Notes: generated by a model from the letters alone, not told the origin. A stretch of 64,000 nucleotides of DNA from Octopus vulgaris (GCA_951406725.2 OX597837.1:10850001-10914000); one strand, 5' to 3'; numbered from the stretch's first letter, positions 12,601-25,129 are shown. Program-made: numbers and translations.

Positions 12601-13785
12601 AAACTTGAGTTAAACTATTCTACAAAAAAAAAAAAATAAATAAAAAAAAAACCTTCAAAGCAGTGCTCCAGCATGGCTGCAGGTCAATGGCTGCAACAAG
12701 TAAAAGATGTGAGAAGATACTTTCTTCCTAGCTGTAGGGTTCGAATTAAGGGAGATTTGGCTGCTATTTTCTTGTGGGTTGACCAACCATCTAGATGCAC
12801 TCCATCTTAGCGTGTTTTGTTTCTTATTTGAAGTGTGTTACGTCTCTGCTGTTTCTCAATTCTTTATCCCACCCGGTGCCTTCTGCCCCTTGTCCATATG
12901 TCGGTCTTTCACTTTGGTTAGAGATCATGATCCCCCCCTCGTCATGCAGTTCTGTCTATATATATATTGGTTATAATGTGTCTGAATCTGGGTAGTAATG
13001 TTTTCTCCTTGTCTCCTCTCTTTTCTCATGCACACACACACACAACACACTCAGACGTTGGCTGTTCAGACATTAGATATTTCTCTTTCAATTCATTCAG
13101 GCAAACATTACAAATAGTTTTTTGCTGCACACATGTATATGTTTATTTATTTATATATATATATAAATGTGTGTGTGTGTGTCTATGTATTTGTGTATGT
13201 ATGTATATGTGTGTGTGTGTATATATATGTAAATATGTATACATATGTGTGTATGTATATATATGTGTGTGTGTGTATATGTATATATATATGTGCATAT
13301 ATATGTGTGTATATATGTATATGTGTATATATATATGTGTCTATATGTGTGTGTGTGTGTGTATGTATATATATAGTACCCTTCGTTTTGTTTTTTTTAA
13401 GTTACACATTATCTTTATTGTGATTTCCTGTTATTTTTATTTTTTCCGTTCCTCTACACCTGCACATCACATCAAACACATCCACACACCCATTCCCACA
13501 CAACTTTTTCCTTTTTTTTTTTTTTTTTTTTTTCAAAGATATTAGCTAAACTAAAATATTTAGCATGCAGTTGCTTGTTTTGAAACTAATAGCTTGTCTA
13601 CTTTCACTTTCCTCTCTTTCTCTCTCTCTCATATTCCACATTTAAGATATTCAAATGTAGTTTCAAAGAGGTTTTTTTTTTAATATTTTGTGAAAGAAGG
13701 AAAGGGCTTCAGTACATTTTTAAGACATCTCCGTTTGAGATGAGCACTATAAGAAATAATAATAATAATAATAATAATAATAGCA

Positions 13786-14146
13786 AGAGCACTCAGAGAG
13801 CATAAACTTCTGCCAAGGCAACATCAACGTCCTCTCAATGATTAGCTGGAGATGTTTTTTAAAACGAGAATATCTGAAATAAACTCGATTGCTCTCACAA
13901 ACGAGAATACTAAAAATGAACCTGATTGCTCTCAGAGATTAAGTAAAAAAGACAGGAAAAATAATCCAGAATCTTTGTCCGGTACCGGATCGATCCCAAA
14001 ATCTAATCAGTTCATGCCAGTCACGAGGCCAAACATCCTTGAAAGTTTCATCGGAATCTGTCCAGCGGTTCTTGAGATATCTTGTCCACGGACAAACAAA
14101 CACAAATGAAAACAATACCTCCATCTTTGCTAAAGCAGAGGTAATA
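13786..14146. mobile_element. Non-autonomous DNA element, Helentron/HINE-like; second copy about 31500-31865
   Basis: Two ~360-bp similar copies with ACCTCCGCC-type subterminal repeats and a terminal small hairpin. The superfamily assignment is tentative. Confidence 0.5.
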
Positions 14147-15381
14147 ATAAAAATCATTAGTCTGTCCCTCCTACAATCTGTTTCTAGGGCATTCCTGTTC
14201 TTTTTTTTTTCCTCTCTCTCTCTCATTAGTCCCTTATTTCAATGAACTAATTGAAATTTTTGTTCCGAACCATCCTAATTTATTTATTTAATGTGGATTC
14301 TATAGCAGTAAGCAACCAAATGTTTGTTCTTTGCAAAGCGAAATTGTGTCATGGCTTCCCAGCAGAACTTGCACATGATTTCCTGTCTGTCATCTCTTTC
14401 TTCGTTCTGTGCTCTTCTGCCTCCTCCTCTTCCTCCTCTTTTCATGCTACCACACCCCCAAACCCCATCTCACCACCTCAGCTCAGCTTTGCTCAGCTCC
14501 AATTTTTTATTTTTTTTTTATTTCAATGTCTTCCCTTGCCAGAGTTTTTTTTTTTTTTTTTCCTTTTTTTTTCTTTTTAATCACCCTGCCAATTAATTCA
14601 TTAATTAACTATGATGATGATGTTGATAGCTGCTATTATTAGTGCTCTCTTACTACTACTATTACTACTACTGTCCTTCTGAAACTTCTAGTATAACTCA
14701 CACACATATACACATACACAACAACAATATCCATCTCCACGCACACATACACCCTTATCACCAGTACAGGGTTTCAAACCCTGTCGGTTGATATCTAATT
14801 TTTTTTTCCCCCAAATATTTTAACAAGGGTTTTTTTTTCGTTTATAATTTTTTTCATACAATTTATCAATTATTGGCTTAGATAGGAAATCATGCCTCGT
14901 TAGCTTAATAAATTATATTATATATATATATTAAAAAAAAAGCAATTGTACATTTTTTTTCTTGATAGATTTTTTTTTTTAACCATAAACTTTTGTGTTT
15001 ATTTCTACTTTAGAGATGTTACTGTTTTCTGTAGAATAAAAAAAAAGAAAAAAATGAGAGAGAAAACATATGCATGTATATATATATATATGTATGTATA
15101 TATATATATATGTATGTATATGTGTGTATATATATATAGATATTTATATATATATATTTATATGTTACTTGTATCTTTTGTCTACCTACATTGATATTAA
15201 GTACTACTACTACCTACTACTACTACTTCTACTACTACTAGACGTCACGTTGACCTGAGGCTTCCGAAGACATACTTGATGTGTGTCCTGAACCTAGATC
15301 ATGGCATTGGCAAAATGGATGATGTGTTGCTACCACATGGTTTCCGTTTCATTGATACTGACTTCCTTCTTTTGCTTCCAG

Positions 15382-15483
15382 GGGTCGCTCTACCTGCAGG
15401 ACCAGTTCCATGTCACTATGCACTACAGTCAGCCCAAAATGGGGCCTGAGAAGGTACAGAAGTGTGACTGGGTTTGTACGAAG
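15382..15483 (+). CDS. RBM5: RBM5/10-like exon f, end of RRM1 and start of RanBP2 zinc finger
   Basis: Branch-like TACTGAC plus pyrimidine tract and ccag; donor gtaagt. Reads GSLYLQDQFHVTMHYSQPK...DWVCTK. Confidence 0.93.
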
Positions 15484-15519
15484 GTAAGTAAGGAGTGTGC
15501 CTTGTTTTTTTGGGTTTTT

Positions 15520-15727
15520 TTTCACTTGTTTCAGTCATTTGACTGTGGCCATGCTGGAGCACTGCCTTTAGTTGAGCAAATCGACCCCGGGACTTATTCT
15601 TTTGTAAGCCCAGTACTTATTCTATCGGTCTCTTTTTGCCGAACCGCTAAGTGATGGGGACGTAAACACACCAGCATCGGTTGTCAAGCAATGCTAGGGG
15701 GACAAACACAGACACACAAACACATAA

Positions 15728-15758
<31 letters not shown>

Positions 15759-15928
15759 CATATATACGACAGGCTTCTTTCAGTTTCCATCTACCAAATC
15801 CACTCACAAGGCATTGGTCGGCCCGGGGCTATAGCAGAAGACACTTGCCCAAGATGCCACGCAGTGGGACTGAACCCGGAATCATGTGGTTGGTTAGCAA
15901 GCTACTTACCACACAGCCACTCCTGCGC
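15520..15928 (-). mobile_element. SINE family 1 (tRNA-like head, CORE-like GGCACCTTGGGCAAGT, internal (TA/TG)n, GTAAAAGA tail), full length
   Basis: High-identity copies at about 4880-5255, 28565-28945, 46280-46688 (minus) and 18235-18530, 41085-41385, 51030-51412, 53571-53850, 55061-55365 (plus). Confidence 0.85.
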
Positions 15929-16184
15929 CTATCTTTTATTTCCTTTATCTTTTTTGCTCATGCCACATAAAAGCACCTGGCACATTCTGTAAAGTGGTGG
16001 GCATTAGGAAGGGCATCCAGCTGTAGAAACCATGCCAAAACAGACGACTGGGGTCTGGTGCAGCTGGTCAGCCCAAGCCAGCATATACAATGGACATTAA
16101 ATGATGATGACTTGTTTTAGTCATTGGACTGTGGTCCAGAAGGGTTTTAGTCAAACAAATCAACCCTGGTACTTATTTTTTTAA

Positions 16185-16406
16185 CCCTTTAGCATTTAAA
16201 CTGGCCATATCCAGCCCAAAATATCCTTCTTGTTTTGTGTTCAAACTAGCCAGATCCAGCCTCTCGCACCTAACCTACTATGTCATTCTAAAAATAAACA
16301 ATCACTTTTTCAAATTCTCTTAAGCTACAAGATAATACATGATTAATTCATAAAAATACAAATAAATAAGCATTATGTTGGACACAATAATCTGGATGCT
16401 AAAGGG
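16185..16406. mobile_element. piggyBac-like MITE family B
   Basis: TTAA TSD with CCCTTTAGCAT...ATGCTAAAGGG TIRs. Other copies at about 545-991, 23981-24203, 33037-33218, 45190-45410. Confidence 0.8.
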
Positions 16407-16775
16407 TTAAAGTCCGGGGTTTATTCTGTCGGTCTCTTTTTTGCTGGACTGTTTCGTTACTGGGACGTAAACAAACCAGTGTTTATTGTTAAGCCGTTAG
16501 GTTGTGGGGGACAAACACACACCCACACATATCACATGACCGGCTAGGCTATCAGATGTTGTTACACATTGCTGGTCACAATGCACTTTGCATCATTTTA
16601 GCCTTTGAATGGTGCCACCCCACGGGCTAGGCAAGCAGGCCACCATTCCCCCCTTGATCAAAGGGGGGGGGAGTGGAGCAACATGAAATGAAGCGTTCTG
16701 CTCAAGAGCACAATGCACTGCTCGGCCTGGGAATTGAACCCATGATTTAGTGATCATGTGTGCAATAGCCTAACC

Positions 16776-17177
16776 TATTTCTTTACTACCCACAAGGGGC
16801 CAAACACAGAGAGGACAAACAAGATCAAGATGATTATATCGACCCCAGTGCGCAACTGGTACTTTATTTATCGACCCCCAAAAGGTTGAAAGGCAAAGTC
16901 GACCTCGGCAGAATTTGAACTCAGAGCGTAACGGCAGACGAAATACCTATTTCTATTTCTTTACTACCCACAAGGGGCTAAACACAGAGGAGACAAACGG
17001 ATCAAGTCGATTATATCGACCCCAGTGCGTAGTTGGTACTTTATTTATCGACCCCCGAAAGGATGAAAGGCAAAGTCGACCTCGGCGGAATTTGAACTCA
17101 GAACATAGCAGCAGACGAAATACTGCTAAGCATTTCGCCTGGCGCGCTAACGTTTCTGCCAGCTCGCCGCCTTCACA
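16776..17177 (-). mobile_element. SINE family 2 (GCCTTTCATCCTTTCGGGGTCGATAAA central domain), tandem dimer
   Basis: One full and one 5'-truncated unit inside a single 13-bp TSD CAATAGCCTAACC (16763-16775 / 17178-17190). Monomers at 231-458, 20420-20650, 22390-22614, 29247-29420. Confidence 0.85.
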
Positions 17178-17324
17178 CAATAGCCTAACCACCACACCAC
17201 ATTCCTTCACTATATACAAACTCTCTCTCTCAGGCACAAACCCACACGTATATATATGTATATCCACATATACACATTGTAGAAAAATAGTTTCTAATAT
17301 TTTTAAAAATTATTTTCATTTCAG

Positions 17325-17385
17325 TGTGGAGCTCACAATTTCAAACGAAGAGATTTCTGTTTCCAATGCAGTGTGTCACGAGAAG
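17325..17385 (+). CDS. RBM5: RBM5/10-like exon g, RanBP2-type zinc finger
   Basis: Reads CGAHNFKRRDFCFQCSVSRE, completing W-x-C-x2-C-x3-N-x6-C-x2-C; splice sites ttcag / gtaagc. Confidence 0.95.
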
Positions 17386-17649
17386 GTAAGCTCCTTTACC
17401 TGTTCTTTTTATGCCCCCTTTTGTGGGTCAGTGGGAGGGGGATCTCAAGAGATTTCAGTCTTTTACTTAATCAGAATGTGGCTCTGTATTTGCTTTAGTG
17501 TGTGTCGTCATCATTTCATGTGTTGGCATGGAAACCATCATTGGCAGATAACGATGGTTTGTTGTTTTCTTGTGGATTTTTCAGAGTAGGAGGAAGAGGA
17601 GGAAAAGCAGTGACTAACAATATTTTTATTTTTCCAGCAAGTACAGGCA

Positions 17650-17700
17650 TATAACTCCAGACATGTTTCAGTTTTATTCTGACCTCATCAGTAAATTATA
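17650..17700 (-). ncRNA. Minimal type-I hammerhead ribozyme-like motif (Penelope-type)
   Basis: Minus strand reads TATAATTTA-CTGATGA-GGT-CAGAATAAA-ACT-GAAACATGTC-TGGAGTTATA: both core boxes, palindromic helix III ACATGT, GUC triplet and a plausible helix I. Confidence 0.55.
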
Positions 17701-17894
17701 AACTTCATCTTACGTACAAGATTTGACACCAGGAAATACAAACATTTAGAGAATAGATAATGCAGCTGGCATTTATCCAAACTATATATGTGTATAGAAC
17801 TACAAATATATGATTCAGTTGTAGAATCTATCTTTTAGATAATTTCTAGTTCTTCATGATACGCTTCTAATTGCTTCTTAATATGGTTTTTCAG

Positions 17895-17954
17895 AATCAG
17901 AACGAGCCAAAGAAGGAGATGGATTTGACCAAGTTGGAACAAACCCTTGCAATA
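17895..17954 (+). CDS. RBM5: RBM5/10-like exon h, linker
   Basis: Splice sites ttcag / gtaagt. Reads ESERAKEGDGFDQVGTNPCN; phase 1-1. Confidence 0.88.
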
Positions 17955-19501
17955 GTAAGTTTTAGGTTTGCCTTTTAACATTTTTTTTTTTGGGGGAGTC
18001 CCTTCGGTTTTTTACTATTCAGTGTTGCACAACCTGTGCGCAGTACGTCTGGTGGAGTGTCTTGCTCCCTTCACAGTAGCAACAGTGTGCAGGGATCGGA
18101 TTACTACATTAGTCCACTTTTTGAAGGATGTGAAGGTATGATAGCTGGACATTAGGATGTACATTTGTTTTTCAAGTCAGATTCTTGTTCTATTAGTGTC
18201 TTTTTTCAATCTAAGTTACAGTTGCCCAAGGTGCCACTGTATGGCACCTTGGGCATGTGTCTTCTACTATAGCCTCAGGCCGACCAAAGTTTTGTGAGTG
18301 GATGGAAGCTGAGCCAGGCCCGTCGTATATGTGTATGTGTGTATATATGTTTGTCCCCTAACATCGCTTGACAACCGGTGGTAGTGTATTTATGTCCCCG
18401 TAACTTAGCAGTTTGGCAAAAGAGACCGATAGAATAAGTACCTAGGCTTCCAAAGAATAAGTCCTGGGGTCAATTTGCTCGACTAAAGGCGGTGCTCCAG
18501 CATGGCTGCAATCAAATGACTGAAACTGGTTATCAAGCAGTAGGTGGAACACACACATACATATACTATAAGCTGCTTTCAGTTTCCATCTACCAAATCT
18601 ATTTACAAGGCTTTGGGTCATCCTGGGGCTTTTGTAGAAGACACTTGCCCAAGGTGCCATGTAGTGGGACTGAACTCAAAACCAAGTTGTTGGGGAGCAA
18701 ATGTCTTATCACTCAGCCAAACCTGTAATTAAAGATTGTAATCAAAAATCAATCTTTCATAAATATCTGGTAAATTAGACACATTCTACTATAAGTGAAT
18801 CCAGATAAAATTCATCATCATACATTCGTTTTCCATGCTGGCATGTGTTGGACGGTTTGACAGAAGCTGACCAGCTGAAAGGCTGTTCAGGCTCCATGTC
18901 TTGTTTTGGCGTGGTTTCTATAGCTGGATGCCCTTCCTAATGCCATTTATAGGACAGAAATCAGCCCAAGTTAAATTTGAACCTAGTGCAGAGAGATGGA
19001 GGCCCCTCCTAATATGCCAACCACTTTACAAAGTAGACCCATCATTCACAAAATGCATAATACATACACACACATACATGGATATAAATATACAAAGATA
19101 GCAACCAATCCAGGTACAAAATTACTGTACCTGACATTTAGAGAAGAGAGGGTGACACCCCTGATCCTTTTTGTAGGGCCCTTTGGCTGGTGGAGTCAGG
19201 ATGTGAAAGGAGTTATTCTCCAACCAGGCATGAGTGCTATATATGTCTATCGTTAAAGATTGTCTTTCTACTTCATCATCATCATTTAATGTCCATTTTC
19301 CATGCTAGCATGGGTTGGACGGTTTTGACTGAGGGCTGGCAACCAGATGGCTGCACCAGGCTCCAGTCTTGATCTGGCAGAGTTTCTACAGCTGGATGCC
19401 CTTCCTAACGCCACCCACTCCGAGAGTGTAGTGGCTGCTTTTTACATGCCGCCTACTTCTTCCTTTAATTTATGTTTTTTTCCTATCTATTTTATTTACA
19501 G

Positions 19502-19766
19502 CTTTGATATTCCGTGGTCTGGACGCCCTGACCACTGAAGAGACGTTGTCGCAAGCGCTGAGCCAGCAGATGTCGCTTACACTGAAGAACATCAAGATTA
19601 TCCGTGATGAACTAACGAACACGTCACAGGGCTACGGCTTTGCCGAAATGGGTTCCATCCTCGAGTCTACGCAAGTCTTGGAGCATTTACGCCAGATGAA
19701 CCCACCTTTTGAAGTGGAGGGCAAACTAATCTTGGTAGCATTTGCCAAGAACACCTTTAGTACAGT
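19502..19766 (+). CDS. RBM5: RBM5/10-like exon i, RRM2
   Basis: Reads TLIFRGLDALTTEE...NIKIIRDELTNTSQGYGFAEM...PPFEVEGKLILVAFAKNTFSTV; splice sites tacag / gtaagt. Confidence 0.95.
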
Positions 19767-19805
19767 GTAAGTACCGGTTTCTCTAAACCCCCTTTTTTTT
19801 TCTCG

Positions 19806-19837
<32 letters not shown>

Positions 19838-21240
19838 TATACTATAGTGGTTGTGTGGTAAGTAGCTTGCTTCCCAACCACATGGTTCTGGGTTGCTCCA
19901 GCCACTGAGCTGGCAAAAATGAGTAATGCTGCGATGGACTGGCGTCCCGTCAGCTGGAGAACACATACGCCATTGAAAGTGGGGAACTGGGCCCATGAGC
20001 CTTGCTACGCTTTAAAAGGGCGCATTTTTTTAATTTTTGTATATTATATGTATGTATGTATAGGATAACATGCAAATTTATGACCCATGTTTTGGAGTCT
20101 GTAGTTGCTTGTGCCATGTAAACGACACCCAGTACAGTCTGTGAAGTGGTTGGTGTTACAAAGGGCTTCCAGCTGTGAAAAACCATGCCAAAGCAGACTT
20201 CACTGGGGCTGTTGCCATGTAAAAAGCACCCAGTCCACTCTGTAAAGTGATTGGCATTAAGATGGGCGTAAAAATCCCATACCAATGCAGACAGGGGAGC
20301 CTGGTACAGTTCTCTGGCTTGCCAGCTCTTGTCAAACCATCCAGCCCATGCAAGCTTGGAAGACAGACGTTAAATGATGATGGTGGCAGAGGTGGCATTA
20401 TTATTATTATTATTATTGAAGGAGGCGAGTTGGCAGAACCGTTAGCACGCCGGGTGAAATGCGTAGCCGTATTTAGTCTGTCGTTACGTTCCGAGTTCAA
20501 ATTCCGCCGAGGTCGACTTTGCCTTTCATCCTTTCGGGGGTCGATAAATTAAGTACCAGTTACACACTGGGGTCAATGTAATCGACTTAATTCGTTTGTC
20601 TGTCCTTGTTTGTCCCCTCTGTGTTTAGCCCCTTGTGGGTAATAAAGAAACAAATTATTATTATTTGTTGGCATAGCTGTGTGGTGAGGAAGCTTGCTTT
20701 GCAGTGTTACATTCAGTCCCATTGCATTGAAACCTTTGTTTGTGTATGGAGGTTATGTGTTTATATGTATGTGTGTGTGTGTTTGTCCCCCTCCATTGTT
20801 TAACAGGTGTCGGTTTGTTTACATCCCTGTACCTTAGCAGTTTGGCAAAAGATACCAATAGAATAAGCACTGGGGGAGGATAAGTGGGGTGCATTTTGTT
20901 TGACAATCCTTCAAGGTGATGCTCCAGCATGGCTATGGTCCAGTGACTAAAACAAGTATAAGGTGTGTGTGTGTGTGTGTACATATGTATTGTAATTTTC
21001 TTTGTTTTTTTTTTTTTATTTTTTTTTTTTACCATGAACTAATTAACCTGAGGATGTAAACTTGATCATGACACGTCAGTGGGGGGATTACAGATTATCC
21101 TAATCCCTTCCTCTCCTTTAATTAACGTATATGTTTTTGCATGAAGTTCATAAATATCACAAACCTATCTGCTCTGCTAATGTTGATTTTCTTTTTTTTC
21201 TTTTTTTTTTCTCTCTTTTTCCTTCTTTTTCTTCCCATAG

Positions 21241-21289
21241 AATGGCAACACTCAACAGCCGACCTAACTCATACACGGGAGGTCAAATG
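21241..21289 (+). CDS. RBM5: RBM5/10-like exon j
   Basis: Long pyrimidine tract plus catag; donor gtgagt. Reads MATLNSRPNSYTGGQM; phase 2 to 0 is needed to keep frame. Confidence 0.85.
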
Positions 21290-21426
21290 GTGAGTAAGGT
21301 AATTTCACTACGATCGGATGGTGTGGGAAACCATAATTGATGATCTCTTAAACTACTACTACTACTCGTTCTCTCTTTCCTTTCTCTCTCTCTCTCTCTC
21401 TCTGTTTTCCATTCCAAATGCATATA

Positions 21427-22248
21427 CAAGGTCTGATCAATAGGTATCCGGACTGTTGCCATAGCAACGAAGCTAAAGTAGGCAAAGTCAAGCTGCTTGG
21501 CACAGATTGACCTTGAACTCTGCTGTGCAGGCACACTAAGTTTTAAGGTTCTAGTTCGCTTTCACTGTTTGCAGCAATGCTTGGAAGGAAGGTGTGTAGC
21601 GTGTGATCGTTGCGTTGACCGTGACAAAGTTGTCATGGCGTTACTTGCTCTGAGGCCTATGCAAAGTTGCAGAAAGTGTGTAAAGAGGAGTGTATGTACT
21701 CACACAAGTGTACAAGTGGTTCAGATGTTTCCAGGATGGCCCAAAAATGTCAATATTGACAAACGTTCTTGGAGTGCAGCTGTGAGGGGAAATCATCGAA
21801 TCCCCATCCGTGGGTTATCAGAGGATGTGAAGATTAGTTATGGTTCAGTTCAGTCCATTATCACTGAAGATTTGGGTATGAGACGCGTGTCTGCCAAGTT
21901 TGTGCCAAAACTGCTTTCATCTGACCAAAAAGACACATGGGTTTTCAATTGCACAAGATTTCCTTGATTGTCTTGAGAACGATGAAAACTTCTTGAAAAC
22001 TCTGCGTAGGCCTCTGAACAGGTATTGTCAAGCTTTTAGCAAAATCTGATTCAGATTCTCTGCTCATCTTTCTCTGCCATGGTCAATGTGACAATCACAC
22101 GCTACACACCTTCCTTCCATGCTCAGCTGTAAACAGCAGAAGTGAGTTAGCTCGTTAAAACTTAGTGTGCAAATTTCAAGCTCAATCTGTGTGCTTTAGC
22201 TTTGTTCCTATGGCAACAGTCCAGGTGCTTATTGATCAGGCGACGCAT
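21427..22248 (+). mobile_element. Internally deleted mariner-like element with ~200-bp inverted arms
   Basis: Arms ~21427-21625 and ~22076-22248 are reverse complements. The internal remnant ISYGSVQSIITEDLGMRRVSAKFVPKLLSSDQK is a mariner HTH plus WVPHEL-like linker. Confidence 0.8.
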
Positions 22249-23774
22249 CACTGGTGATGAAGCAAGCAAGTATATGCATGTCTGTTTCTTTGTGCCTTAT
22301 GACTTAGGGAAGAGAGGGTGACACCCCCGATCTTTTTTGTAGGGCCCTTCGGCAGGTGGAATCAGGATGTGGATGGAGTTTTTTTCCAATAAGGCGACGA
22401 GCTGGCAGAAACGTTAGCGCGCTGGGCGGAATCATCATCATCATTTCGTCTGCCGCTACATTCTGAGTTCAAATTACGCCAAGGTCGACTTTGCCTTTCA
22501 TCCTTTCGGGGTCGATAAATTAAGTACCAGTTACGCACTGGGGTCGATGTAATCGGCTTAATCCGTTTGTCTGTCCTCTCTGTGTTTAGCCCCTTGTGGG
22601 TAGTAAAGAAATAGGAGTTATTCTCCAACCAGAGACCTGTCCGTAATGCTTGCACCAGAATGGACACAACTAATGGCATCCAGTGAGCCAGGCCATTGTA
22701 TTAAAGCAAAGCAACAGATTGTGTTGACCGTCCAGCAACACGTGCAGTCTGTTCAACTGGTGTGTGTGTGTGTGGTTAGCTGCTGCTCTGTTCCATTGGA
22801 GCCAAGTCAGGTTTACAGCCGTGTGCGTGTCTCCTTATATTGACTGCATAACAGTTGTGAATGAGTATCCTTAATTTCCAATCTTCGGTGAAAACATGTC
22901 TGGCCATTGGTAAATATTTACCATGATCGGAAACAGTTAAGGCTTTGGTGACAGATATGGCATCTAACCGTATAAAATCCGCCTCGGCAAATTCTCTCCA
23001 ACCCGTGTGGGGCATGCAAAACTGAATGTTAAAAAGGACAACTGCAGTGTGAAGGGAGGTAATTCCAACTGAACTAAATAGCATCTTGTTCAATAGACAC
23101 ACTTGGGATCTTTTCGGTTTGAACGGCAGTTTTTAACATAATTTCCACGTAACTAAACACTTTTAAATTTCGTATACTGGTAGAATGTGTTTATAAAACA
23201 TCTTTTTCTCTTGGCCTTATTGAGAAAATTCTATAGTTTGTAGTCTCGCAAGCTGCATGGCTATGATGACCTTGCTAGTGCTGTTGGCATGAAAAAAAAG
23301 CACAGAATACCCACTGTTAAATGGTTGATGTTAGGAAGGGCATCCAGCCATAGAACCTATGCCAAAGTAGGCAGTGGGGCATGATGCATTCCTTGGGCCC
23401 TTTGAACCATCCAGCCCATACCATCATAGAATATTGATGGTGGTGATATATACATGATGAGCTGCCATGCAGTTTCCACTTACGAGTTGCATTCTCAAGG
23501 CATGGGCCAGCCCAAGACAATAATAAAAAAAACTTGATTATGGTGCCCCAGTGAGATAGAACCCAGAACTACATGATTATGAACCAAAAATCATATCCCC
23601 ATAGCCTTTTTATTTATTCCCATGCTTTAGTTCTTGGAGCCCAAGGACGATTGCATATAAATTTAGAAAATAAAACTCTAGGGTAGATCTTGAGGCTAAT
23701 TAATGCCTAAGAAGCCATAGATTCCTGTCAGTATGTTTACTAATGTCTTTCTGTTTTCTTATTGTTTTTCTCAG

Positions 23775-23928
23775 CAGCGTTCCTGGAACTACGATCAACA
23801 ACATGGTGATTATTATTATAATCCGTCTGGTTATGAACATTCAACATTCTATGACCAAAATAATCCTCACTATGGCCAAGGTCAAGGTTATGACTCCAGT
23901 TACTACAACCAAAATTACAGCCATCAAG
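23775..23928 (+). CDS. RBM5: RBM5/10-like exon k, Tyr/Gln-rich low-complexity segment
   Basis: CAGCAG tandem acceptor. Reads QRSWNYDQQHGDYYYNPSGYEH...YSHQ; donor g|gtatca; phase 0 to 1. Confidence 0.85.
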
Positions 23929-24244
23929 GTATCATTACCTACTTCTCTCTCTCTTTTTAGCTATCCATCTTTCTACTTAACCCTTTAGTGTTCAGATTAT
24001 TCTCTCAAATGTGATGTTTGTTTATTTAAAATGGTTTAAATTAATCATGCATTATCTTGTAGTTTAGAGATTTCAGTGATGTGATTTTTTTTAGTTTTAG
24101 AATGGACATGGTAGGGCTGAGGTGAGAGGCAAGATCTGGTCAGTTTCAATATAAAACAGGTTAAATATTTTGGCCGGATATGGCCGGTTTGAATGCTAAA
24201 GGGTTAAATAAAATTTAGCTTTCTCTCCCTGTCTCCCCTTTCTA

Positions 24245-24454
24245 CAGGGTGTCCCAGAAGTCGTGCACCATTCTGGTTTTCATTTAAAATAATTAAAGCA
24301 TTTTATTTTATTATATTTTTTTCTGCATGTTTTATTGTAGAGGGTGCTCAATTTGAGCATTTGCTTTAATTAATTTCAATAAAGTGTTTTTGAAATCAGT
24401 AAGAGTGTATTCTTTTAAAAAACCAGGATGGTGCGCAACTTCTGGGACACCCTG
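24245..24454. mobile_element. Tc1-type MITE
   Basis: TA TSD; ~35-bp TIRs CAGGGTGTCCCAGAAGT... / ...ACTTCTGGGACACCCTG. Confidence 0.85.
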
Positions 24455-25129
24455 TATATTTTCTATCTTTTTCCTGTCTATCTCTAATCACCTTAATGTC
24501 AGGTACAGTAGTTATGTACGTGGATTGGTTGCTATCTTTGTATATTTATATCCATGTATGTATTATGCATATTGTGAATGATGGTCCACTCTGTGAAGTG
24601 GTTAGCATTAGGAGGGGCGTCCAGCTGCAAAACCATGCCAAAACTGACAGTGGAGCTGGGTAGAGTCCTCTAGCTTGCCAGTTCCTGTGAATCTGCCCCA
24701 TTCATCCCAGCATGGAAGACAGACGTTAAATGATGATGATGAATAATGGATGTGGCTGTGTAGTTAAAAAGCTTGCTTTCCCACTATGTAGTTTCAGGTT
24801 CAATCCAACTGCATGGCACCTTGGGAAAATGTCTTACTATAGTCCCAAGCTGACCAAAGCATTCTCAGTGAATATGACAGACAAATTGAAAGAAATCTAT
24901 TCTGTGTGTGTGTGCGCATGTTTGCATCTCCTTGTCTTGACATCATTTGATTATTGTAAAAGAATAGCCTTCGTTTCCAATATTCTACAAAAACATCTTT
25001 GGCCATAGGGAAAATATTACCTTGCTTGGATACAAGTGAAGGTTGGTGACAGCAAGGACATCCAGCTGTAGAATATTTGACCCAGTAAACGCTGTCTGGC
25101 CCTTGCAAGCATGCAAAAGTGGATGTTAA

